Positions 1 to 7,234 of a stretch of DNA of 63,201 nt are shown piece by piece (the first letter of the stretch is position 1; every line of letters starts with the position of its first letter). A program made the position numbers and the translations under genes. Under the pieces are notes generated by a model. That model did no database searches. It was not told the DNA's origin and worked only from the letters and a program-made list of their open reading frames with translations. This DNA comes from an uncultured Clostridia bacterium. GTDB lineage: Bacteria; Bacillota; Clostridia; Christensenellales; UBA1242. The DNA is taken from the NCBI GenBank assembly GCA_947630405.1, contig CANRHL010000002.1, positions 1 through 63,201 of the forward strand, read 5' to 3'.

Positions 1-162
1 GCAAAAAACAAACCCAAATGTGCCGATTTAAGAGTAACAATTCTTCAACCAAATGTTAGCCAGGCGGATTTTAGCAGTAAAACGGCAATAAAATCAATAA
101 ACAAAGGCTTAAATGCCGGGCATCATAACATAGATAAAATTTTAGAATTGTTAAGGGATTAG
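1..162 (+). CDS. 3' end of an unidentified CDS (partial, runs off window start)
   Basis: Frame 1 is open from nt 1 to TAG 160-162 (..KSINKGLNAGHHNIDKILELLRD*), ending 1 nt before the pta ATG. Too short for the ORF track. No family recognised. Confidence 0.3.
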   Translation, partial: AKNKPKCADLRVTILQPNVSQADFSSKTAIKSINKGLNAGHHNIDKILELLRD

Positions 163-163
163 T

Positions 164-1117
164 ATGAATATTATTGAAAAAATCACAAACAAAGCAAAAA
201 AAATTAATGCAACCATCATTTTGCCAGAAGCAAATTTGGATAAACGCGTTTATTCTGCTGCAAAAAAACTTATTAAAGAAAATTTGTGCAAAATCATTGT
301 TTTTGGCGAGGCCGCAGACTATGATGCAAGTTTTAACTCGCCAAATTGCAGGATTATAAACATAAAAAAATATCCGCAACTAAGCGATTATGCAAACCAA
401 CTTTATGAACTTAGAAAGAACAAAGGTTTAACCTTAAAGGAAGCAAAAAAACTTGTGTCCGCGCCCGATTATTTCTCTATGATGCTATTAAAAAACGGAG
501 TGGCAGATGGCGTTGTGGCGGGTGCTTGTTGGACCACGGCAAACACTCTTCGCCCGGCCTTGCAAATTATTAGAACAAAGCCAAACAAAAACATCGTAAC
601 GGGTGCAATGCTTATGATTAAAGAGAATAAAACTCCGCTTTTGTTTGCCGATATTTCACTAATTGAAAACCCAACCAGCGAAAATTTGGCAGAAATTGCC
701 GTTAGTTGTGCCGATTTTTATAAAAAAATTGTTGGCACGCCAAAAGTTGCAATGTTAAGTTATTCCACAATGGGCAGTGCAAATGGGGAAATGGTTAAAA
801 AGGTGCAAGATGCAGTAAAAATTGCAAAAGAGAGCAACTATTTAATTGATGGCGAAATGCAGGTTGATAGCGCACTAGATAAAGTTACTGCCAAGCGAAA
901 GGGTGTTAAATCTGGTGTTGGAGGCAATGCAAATGTGCTTGTTTTCCCCGACCTTAACTCTGGCAACATCGGTTACAAACTTGTTGAAAGGTTGGGCGGA
1001 TACACTGCAATTGGCTCAATTATGCTAAATTTTAATAAGCCAGTAAACGATTTAAGCCGCGGTTGCACGGTGGAAGAAATTATTAACACAGTGCTAATTA
1101 CAAAACTATTAATTTAA
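164..1117 (+). CDS. pta: phosphate acetyltransferase (short-form Pta, PTA_PTB family)
   Basis: 317 aa. Has GGNANVLVFPDLNSGNIGYKL and an N-terminal IILPEA motif. Same cluster as ackA. A phosphate butyryltransferase cannot be fully excluded. Confidence 0.85.
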   Translation: MNIIEKITNKAKKINATIILPEANLDKRVYSAAKKLIKENLCKIIVFGEAADYDASFNSPNCRIINIKKYPQLSDYANQLYELRKNKGLTLKEAKKLVSAPDYFSMMLLKNGVADGVVAGACWTTANTLRPALQIIRTKPNKNIVTGAMLMIKENKTPLLFADISLIENPTSENLAEIAVSCADFYKKIVGTPKVAMLSYSTMGSANGEMVKKVQDAVKIAKESNYLIDGEMQVDSALDKVTAKRKGVKSGVGGNANVLVFPDLNSGNIGYKLVERLGGYTAIGSIMLNFNKPVNDLSRGCTVEEIINTVLITKLLI

Positions 1118-1126
1118 AATTGCCTA

Positions 1127-1155
1127 TTGACAAAGCCATATTCGTGTGTTATAAT
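1127..1155 (+). promoter_or_regulatory. sigma-A type promoter, leaderless geometry
   Basis: TTGACA 1127-1132, 17-nt spacer, TATAAT 1150-1155, then 6 nt and ATG 1162. No SD. Confidence 0.6.
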
Positions 1156-1161
1156 TTCGAC

Positions 1162-1788
1162 ATGAAGTACGAAAGAATGATTTTTGATGAGTTTTTTAAA
1201 TACTTTTTAAAATATGGCAATGTTAAGCCGTATTACGTGACAAGAGAGGGGTATCCACTTGGCGAATATGAAAAAAGAATAAGGATACACCGCGTAAAAC
1301 TTTTGCCTAGCCAAATTGCAAAATTAAATGAGCACAACTTTTATTGGGGCAAAAAAAGAAATTTACTTGTCCGCACAAGCGAAAGAAAAAGGCATTTTGA
1401 TTTCGATTTGTTTTTAGAGCATTATAAACAATATGGCAATGTAAAAACGCTTTTCGTTTGCCCAGATGGTTACAAATTGGGTAATTCAATTTTAAGGATA
1501 CGCGGCAGGCTTGTTAGCCTTAATGAAGAGCAAATTGAAACATTGAACAACTTGGGCTTTATATGGGAAATTAATAGAAGGTTTGATTTTGACGAATTTT
1601 TTGAATATTTCTTACAATATCACAATGTGCAATTTACTTTTGTAACTCCGGATGGATATAAACTTGGATATATCGAAAATCGCATAAAATGTGGCAATGT
1701 GCATTTATCAAGCGAACAAGTGCAAATATTAAATGATGCACACTTTTACTGGGGCAAGCACAGGACTAATAACGAAGTTGGAATTTAG
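1162..1788 (+). CDS. protein made of three tandem helicase-associated (HA, PF03457-like) repeats
   Basis: 208 aa from ATG 1162. The track start at TTG 1120 overlaps the promoter. Three ~60-aa repeats at residues 8-62, 81-135 and 143-197 share FDxFFxYxxxYGNV..(V/C)TP(D/E)GYxLGxxxxRI....L...Q...LN...FxW. Confidence 0.6.
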   Translation: MKYERMIFDEFFKYFLKYGNVKPYYVTREGYPLGEYEKRIRIHRVKLLPSQIAKLNEHNFYWGKKRNLLVRTSERKRHFDFDLFLEHYKQYGNVKTLFVCPDGYKLGNSILRIRGRLVSLNEEQIETLNNLGFIWEINRRFDFDEFFEYFLQYHNVQFTFVTPDGYKLGYIENRIKCGNVHLSSEQVQILNDAHFYWGKHRTNNEVGI

Positions 1789-1808
1789 AGCATTTTATGC
1801 TCTTTTTT
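1787..1808 (+). terminator. rho-independent terminator
   Basis: AGAGCAT/ATGCTCT 7-bp stem followed by T5. Overlaps the stop codon at 1786-1788. Confidence 0.6.
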
Positions 1809-1869
1809 CTTAAAATGTTTTGTTTTAATTTTTTAGTGTGATAAAATTAAAAAAGTTTAAGGAGAATAT

Positions 1870-3054
1870 ATGAAAGTTTTAGTTGTTAATTCAGGCAGCA
1901 GCAGCCTAAAAGCACAGTTGATGGAAACATCAAACGGCAAAGTTCTTGCCAAGGCATATTGCCAACGCATTGGGCTTGATAAATCGTTTATGGACTTTAA
2001 AACAAGCGAAAAACGCGTTATTGAAGCCGCTATGCCAACGCATAAAGAAGCCTTCCAATTGTTTTTAAATAGCCTAACCGATAAAAAAATTGGGGTTATT
2101 AAATCGCTAGACGAAATTAAGGCAATAGGGCATAGGCTAGTTAATTTTGGCGAAAAATATAATAAGTCAATCGTGGTTGATAAGCGCGTGCTTAAAGACC
2201 TTGAAAAATATGTTAATTTTGCACCATTGCACGACCCCGCAGCCTTGCTTGGCATAAAAATTTGCTTGGAGTTAATGCCAAAAGTTAAAAATGTTGCAGT
2301 GTTCGACACCGCCTTCCACTCAACTATGCCAGAAAAGGCTTATATGTACGCAATTCCTTACGAATTATATAGCAAAAATAAAATTCGCCGCTATGGCGCG
2401 CACGGCACAAGCCACCGCTATATTGCATTAAAATGCAAAGAGCTTTTTGGCTCACTAAAGGGCAAAAAAATCATTTCTTGTCATATTGGCTCGGGCAGCA
2501 GCATTTGTGCTATTAAAGATGGCGTTTGCGTTGATACATCAATGGGTTACACTCCGCTTGCGGGCGTTGTTATGGGCACTCGCTCGGGCGATATTGACCC
2601 ATCTGTTGTTAAAGAAATTATGGCCGTTAAAGGCATAGATGCCGACAAAACTATCGATTTATTAAACAAACAGAGCGGTTTGCTTGGCATAACGGGCAAA
2701 TATAGCGATATGCGTGATATTGACGATAATTTAGATAATCCACGCGTTAAACTTGCATTTGACATGCTTGTTTACTCAATAAAAAAATACATTGGCGCAT
2801 ATGCCGCAGCCATGAATGGGGTGGACTATATCATTTTCACGGCCGGCGTTGGCGAAAATGATGCTTTGGTGCGCGAAGCCGTTTGCAAAGATATGGAATA
2901 TTTAGGCGTTGAATTTGATAGCAAAATCAACAAAACCGCACCACGCGGCACAATCCAAGAGTTTTCTAAGAAAACAAGCCGCGTAAAAGTTTATCGCATT
3001 CCAACCGATGAAGAGTATATGATTGCAATGGACACCGCAAGTTTAGTAAAATAA
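1870..3054 (+). CDS. ackA: acetate kinase
   Basis: 394 aa. N-terminal MKVLVVNSGSSSLK signature. GGAG SD upstream. Confidence 0.97.
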   Translation: MKVLVVNSGSSSLKAQLMETSNGKVLAKAYCQRIGLDKSFMDFKTSEKRVIEAAMPTHKEAFQLFLNSLTDKKIGVIKSLDEIKAIGHRLVNFGEKYNKSIVVDKRVLKDLEKYVNFAPLHDPAALLGIKICLELMPKVKNVAVFDTAFHSTMPEKAYMYAIPYELYSKNKIRRYGAHGTSHRYIALKCKELFGSLKGKKIISCHIGSGSSICAIKDGVCVDTSMGYTPLAGVVMGTRSGDIDPSVVKEIMAVKGIDADKTIDLLNKQSGLLGITGKYSDMRDIDDNLDNPRVKLAFDMLVYSIKKYIGAYAAAMNGVDYIIFTAGVGENDALVREAVCKDMEYLGVEFDSKINKTAPRGTIQEFSKKTSRVKVYRIPTDEEYMIAMDTASLVK

Positions 3055-3089
3055 AATTGTTGTGTTTTAAATAAATTTTCAAAAACTAG

Positions 3090-3118
3090 TTGACATCAAG
3101 TTTAATATTTGTTATACT
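3090..3118 (+). promoter_or_regulatory. sigma-A type promoter of rpmF
   Basis: TTGACA 3090-3095, 17 nt, TGtTATACT with -10 at 3113-3118. The ~75-nt leader contains a hairpin ATGTGTT/AACACAT at 3146-3167. Confidence 0.6.
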
Positions 3119-3194
3119 TATCTCGATTTTGTCGGGTGCAACTAGATGTGTTGTATTGTTAACACATTGGCGGCACAATATATAGGAGGTAAAA

Positions 3195-3386
3195 ATGGCT
3201 GTTCCAAAAGGAAAAGTGTCTAAGGCAAGGCGCGATAAACGCCGTGCAAACTGGAAAGCCGCTGTTCCTACATTAGTAGAATGCCCACACTGCCATGAAA
3301 AGAAAGTGGCACATCAAGTTTGTAAAAATTGTGGTTATTATGATGGCGAGCAAGTTATCAACTTAGACGAAAAAAAGACAAAATAA
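3195..3386 (+). CDS. rpmF: 50S ribosomal protein L32 (zinc-ribbon form)
   Basis: 63 aa. MAVPKGKVSKARRDKRRA plus CPHC..CKNC. Strong AGGAGG SD. Confidence 0.95.
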   Translation: MAVPKGKVSKARRDKRRANWKAAVPTLVECPHCHEKKVAHQVCKNCGYYDGEQVINLDEKKTK

Positions 3387-3391
3387 TTAAT

Positions 3392-3415
3392 TGGGGAGTT
3401 TATCCCCATTTTTTT
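3392..3415 (+). terminator. rho-independent terminator
   Basis: TGGGGA/TCCCCA stem followed by T7. Confidence 0.7.
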
Positions 3416-3429
3416 ATTTAAGTTTTAGT

Positions 3430-3458
3430 TTGACAAATTTAGCCCATAATGTTATAAT
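3430..3458 (+). promoter_or_regulatory. sigma-A type promoter, leaderless geometry
   Basis: TTGACA 3430-3435, 17 nt, TGtTATAAT with -10 at 3453-3458, then 6 nt and ATG 3465. No SD. Confidence 0.65.
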
Positions 3459-3464
3459 AATTTT

Positions 3465-4587
3465 ATGACGAGTGAAGAAGTTAAAATTTTTTTTAAAGAA
3501 AACATTGCATTAAAAATTGTTTTAAGCGATAAAGTTGCTGGAAAATATAACAAAATTAGTGTTCGCCCGGTTAAAATTCAAAACAAAATGCTCTATCAAG
3601 TTGAAAGGGCAACCAAAACGCAGGTTTTTCATGAAAACCTTGCCTTATGCCGATGCAATTAGCAAGTTGGAGATTGATAATTTTAAACAAATTTTATTTG
3701 AAATGCCTAAAAAGACATACATTTTTTCGGTAACTAAAACGGGGTTTAGAAAGCGCGTTAAAGCCAATGATTTAGTTGAAGTGAACACCGAACACAACAA
3801 AACAAAAAAATATTTGCTAAACGAGGGTGACGATGTTCCTATTATGCAAGAGTTGGGCATTTTTACAAAGGAAAATAAAATTGTTGCTTCTATGTACGAT
3901 AAATTTAAGCAAATAAATAGATTTGTTGAAATTATTGACGACGAATTTAAAACATCTAACCTAAAAGAAATTACAATTTTGGATTTTGGTGCGGGCAAAA
4001 GTTATTTGACGTTTTTAATTTATCATTATTTTGTAAATATCAAAAAAATTAAGGCAAAAATTATTGGTTACGACATTAAAAAAGATGTGGTTGAAAATTG
4101 TAACCGCCTAGCAAAAAAATATGGATATGATGGCTTGGAATTTATTGTTAGCGACGTTAAAAAAGATAAACTTTTTGAAGGCAAAATAGATATGGTGGTT
4201 AGCCTGCACGCGTGTGACACGGCAACCGATTATGCATTAAATTTTGCAATAAAAAATAAGGCAAAATACATCTTTTCTGTGCCTTGTTGCCAACATGAAA
4301 TTAATTTATCAATAAAAAGGGGTGGGGATTTCGATGTTCTTTTAACTGACGGGCTAATTAAAGAAAGATTCTCAGCCCTTTTAACCGATAGCATTCGTGC
4401 GGAAATTTTGCGTTCGTGCGGCTATTCGGTTGATGTTATTGAATTTGTGGATTTCGCTCACTCGCCAAAAAACATTATGTTAAGGTGCAAACTAACAAAT
4501 CAGCAAAAGAACATAGAAAATGTTAAAAATTTAATAAAAAAATACAATTTTTCGCAAAAATTATACGATTTAGTAAAAAATAATTAA
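3465..4587 (+). pseudogene. class I SAM-dependent methyltransferase (Methyltransf_32-like) with an apparent +1 frameshift near 3633-3645
   Basis: The N-terminal piece 3465-3662 (..ISVRPVKIQNKMLYQVERATKTQVFHENL) and the MTase body in the next frame (PYADAISKLEIDNFKQ.. LDFGAGKSYL .. HACDTATD .. VPCCQHE) read as one protein if 1 nt is removed. An intact MTase domain could alternatively start at ATG 3631. Confidence 0.6.
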
Positions 4588-4589
4588 TG

Positions 4590-4616
4590 GCACGCGGCAA
4601 AACCCGTGCTTTTTTA
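4590..4616 (+). terminator. rho-independent terminator
   Basis: GCACG(C)GG / CCCGTGC stem followed by T6. Confidence 0.65.
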
Positions 4617-4635
4617 TTTAAACTAGCAAAAATAT

Positions 4636-4664
4636 TTTACTTTTCTTTTTATAAATAGTAAAAT
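4636..4664 (+). promoter_or_regulatory. putative promoter of plsX
   Basis: TTTACT 4636-4641, 17 nt, TAAAAT 4659-4664. Confidence 0.4.
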
Positions 4665-4690
4665 ATATGGTAACTAAAAAGGAGAAAATC

Positions 4691-5686
4691 ATGAAAATTG
4701 TTGTTGATGCTTTTGGTGGCGATTTTGCGCCACTTGAAATTGTTACTGGGGCAGTTAAAGCCTTGCAAGCAAATGATAAATTAAAAATTGTTTTGGTTGG
4801 CGATAAAGATAAGATAACCGAAATTTTGCAAACGCAAGTTTTTGTTAGCGAAAGGCTAGAAATTGTGCATGCGCCTGATGTGGTTACTATGGATGATGTG
4901 CCAACCGTTGCAATTAGAACTAAAAAAACCTCTAGCATTGTTGTTGCGTATGATTATTTGAAAAACAACGATGATGCGGTTGCCTTGGTTAGTGCGGGCA
5001 GCACGGGCGCAACACTTACGGGTGCGGTTTTAAAACTTGGGCGAATAAAAGGGATTTCTCGCCCGGCACTTGCACCAATTTTGCCAACGGTTAATGATAA
5101 AGGCGTTATGCTTTTAGACTGCGGTGCAAATGCTGATTGCAAGCCGGAAAATTTGCTGCATTTTGCAATTATGGGCAATGAATATATGAAGGCAACGGGC
5201 GTAAAAAATCCGCGCATTGCACTTTTAAACATTGGCACGGAAGAAGAAAAGGGCAGCGAAATGATAAAAGAAGCCTATCAACTTTTAAAAAATTCCAACC
5301 TAAATTTTGTTGGCAACATTGAAGCGCGCGATATTCTTCGCGGCAGTGTGGATGTTATTGTAAGTGATGGTTTTTCGGGCAACATTGCCTTAAAAACAAT
5401 TGAAGGCGTGGGCGAAGTGTTGTTTGGCGAATTAAAAGATGTTGTTAAATCTTCATTTAAAGCAAAACTTGGCGGCTTGTTGTTAAAGAAAAGCCTAAAA
5501 GGGATAAAATCTAAATATGACTATCAAAAACTTGGCGGCGCACCAATGCTTGGCGTAACTAAAATTGTGTTAAAATGCCACGGCAATAGCAAGGCAGAAA
5601 CTATTGCAAAAACAATTGAACAAGCCTATCAACTAGGGCAAAATAAAATGATTGAAAAAGTGAGCAAAGCAGTTGAAAAAATTTAA
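4691..5686 (+). CDS. plsX: phosphate acyltransferase PlsX
   Basis: MKIVVDAFGGDFAP start with an AAGGAG SD. The track start at 4667 lies inside the promoter region. Confidence 0.95.
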   Translation: MKIVVDAFGGDFAPLEIVTGAVKALQANDKLKIVLVGDKDKITEILQTQVFVSERLEIVHAPDVVTMDDVPTVAIRTKKTSSIVVAYDYLKNNDDAVALVSAGSTGATLTGAVLKLGRIKGISRPALAPILPTVNDKGVMLLDCGANADCKPENLLHFAIMGNEYMKATGVKNPRIALLNIGTEEEKGSEMIKEAYQLLKNSNLNFVGNIEARDILRGSVDVIVSDGFSGNIALKTIEGVGEVLFGELKDVVKSSFKAKLGGLLLKKSLKGIKSKYDYQKLGGAPMLGVTKIVLKCHGNSKAETIAKTIEQAYQLGQNKMIEKVSKAVEKI

Positions 5687-6338
5687 AACCAATTCATTTT
5701 TAGAACTTTTTAATAAGTGTAGTGAAGAGTATAAAAATTTGGCCTTCACTCATTCTTCTTATGCACACGAACACAAAATTGAAAGTAACGAACGCGTTGA
5801 GTTTTTAGGCGATAGCGTACTTTCAACAATTGTAAGCGATTATCTTTTTAAACACTGCCATCAAACAGAAGGCAAAATGAGCAAAGTGCGTGCAAGTTTT
5901 GTTTGCACCGAAAGTTTAAGTGAAGTTGCAAAAGAATTGGGCATTGAAAAGAACATTAAATTTGGGCATAGTTTTAAAGATAAAATTTCAAATTCTATTT
6001 TAGCAGACACGGTTGAAAGCATGATTGGTGTAACCTATTTAACATATGGCCTGCCGTCAATTTCCACCGCCGTGCTTGAGATGTTGAAGGTTAAAGAAAA
6101 GCTTAAAGCCGGTGTGCATGAGTTGGATTATAAATCCGAACTGCAAGAGTATTGCCAAAAGGAAAAACTTAAATTAAACTATAAATCCGAAAAATATGCG
6201 CTAGAAAACGGGCAGGAAAATTTTAGGGCATCAACATTTATTAATGGCGAGTTTATATCCTTCGGCAATGGCTCAACCAAACGCGAAGCCGAACAAAATT
6301 CCGCGCATACTGCTTTAGAAAAGTTGAAAAACATCTAA
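5673..6338 (+). CDS. rnc: ribonuclease III
   Basis: 221 aa. FTHSSY and ERVEFLGDSVL signature plus a C-terminal dsRBD. TTG start overlapping the plsX end. Confidence 0.9.
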   Translation: MKKFKTNSFLELFNKCSEEYKNLAFTHSSYAHEHKIESNERVEFLGDSVLSTIVSDYLFKHCHQTEGKMSKVRASFVCTESLSEVAKELGIEKNIKFGHSFKDKISNSILADTVESMIGVTYLTYGLPSISTAVLEMLKVKEKLKAGVHELDYKSELQEYCQKEKLKLNYKSEKYALENGQENFRASTFINGEFISFGNGSTKREAEQNSAHTALEKLKNI

Positions 6339-6412
6339 AAATTTGTTGAAAATAATTGAAAAAGTTTTGGAAAATAATTATAAAGTGATAATATATTAAC
6401 TAAGGAGGAAAT

Positions 6413-6973
6413 ATGAACGATAGTGAACAATTCAATTTGGTTTTGGGCGATGGGGAAGTTATTTTAAAAACTTACCGACCAAACAAATTTAGAACATTTG
6501 TTGGCCAAATCATTTTATGGGTGATAATTGGCCTTTTGTTTATTCCATTTTGCGTAACTGCCGGCTACACCGAAGATGGCAGTTTTAATAATGGCGTCTT
6601 TATAGGTGCTTTGGTGGGGTATTTAGTGGTTTATGGCGTTTGTGCTGCAATTTCGTTTATTTTGCTTGCTTTATGGAGCAAAAAAACAATTTATGCCGTT
6701 ACAAACAAGCGTGTTTTAATCCGCACTGGCAGAATTGGTGTTGATTATAAGAGTTTGGATTTCTCAATGCTTGGTGCAATAACCGTTAATGTAAGCTGGG
6801 TTGATAAACTTTTACATAAAAACACCGGTTACATTGCTTTTGGCAGCATGTCTAGTCCACTAACCGCGCAGGGCGGCGCAAAATTTAACTTTTCTTACAT
6901 TCAAAATCCATATGAGGTGTATAAAGAAGTTAAAGCGTTTATTGATAGCAATAAAGAAACTAAAAAAGACTAA
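6413..6973 (+). CDS. membrane protein with bacterial PH (YdbS/bPH_2-like) domain
   Basis: 186 aa. Two TM helices followed by YAVTNKRVLIRTGRIG. AGGAGG SD. Confidence 0.6.
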   Translation: MNDSEQFNLVLGDGEVILKTYRPNKFRTFVGQIILWVIIGLLFIPFCVTAGYTEDGSFNNGVFIGALVGYLVVYGVCAAISFILLALWSKKTIYAVTNKRVLIRTGRIGVDYKSLDFSMLGAITVNVSWVDKLLHKNTGYIAFGSMSSPLTAQGGAKFNFSYIQNPYEVYKEVKAFIDSNKETKKD

Positions 6974-6980
6974 ATTTTGC

Positions 6981-7008
6981 TTGACAAATTAAAATTTTAG
7001 GCTATAAT
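6981..7008 (+). promoter_or_regulatory. sigma-A type promoter of rpoZ-priA
   Basis: TTGACA 6981-6986, 16 nt, TATAAT 7003-7008. Confidence 0.6.
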
Positions 7009-7032
7009 ATAAGAAAATTCAAGGAGATATTT

Positions 7033-7229
7033 ATGTTATTCGATCCACCTATTGATTTATTAGTTAAACAAGTTGGTTGCCGCTATATGGCAGCAGTCGT
7101 TGTTGGCGCAAGGGCAAAGATTTAATTAACAAAATTTCCACAACTCTTAATGGCAATAGCAATTTAGCAATTGACTATGCAGCCGAAGAAGTTGCCCGTG
7201 GCGAAGTGGTTGGAGTAAAGTCTAACTAA
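7033..7229 (+). pseudogene. rpoZ: RNA polymerase omega subunit, interrupted by a 1-nt frameshift at about 7117-7121
   Basis: AAGGAG SD then ATG 7033: MLFDPPIDLLVKQVGCRYMAAVVVGARAK, stop at 7123. The next frame continues (D)LINKISTTLNGNSNLAIDYAAEEVARGEVVGVKSN* to 7229. Joined, this matches the Firmicute RpoZ pattern (PSID.L..K..SKY.L....A.RAR ... A.EE...G). It occupies the canonical position upstream of priA. Neither piece is in the ORF track because both are under 60 aa. Confidence 0.75.
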
Positions 7230-7234
7230 TTTTT

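Noticed and set aside
174-359. 61-aa alternative-frame ORF inside pta. Similar short internal + strand ORFs lie at 9633-9860, 11474-11695, 32647-32892, 40028-40261, 46036-46251 and 58600-58794.
   Set aside because: They overlap well-supported genes out of frame or span terminator and promoter regions. They have no SD sequences and no recognisable motifs.
3535-3630. N-terminal 32 codons of the track ORF 3535-4587 (MLENITKLVFARLKFKTKCSIKLKGQPKRRFF).
   Set aside because: This stretch is the out-of-frame reading of the methyltransferase N-terminal domain encoded by 3465-3662. The real options are a frameshifted fusion or a start at ATG 3631.
3620-3650. Possible programmed +1 frameshift (prfB-like) in the methyltransferase.
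   Set aside because: There is no in-frame stop at the shift site and no upstream SD-like stimulator or slippery motif. A homopolymer indel is more parsimonious.
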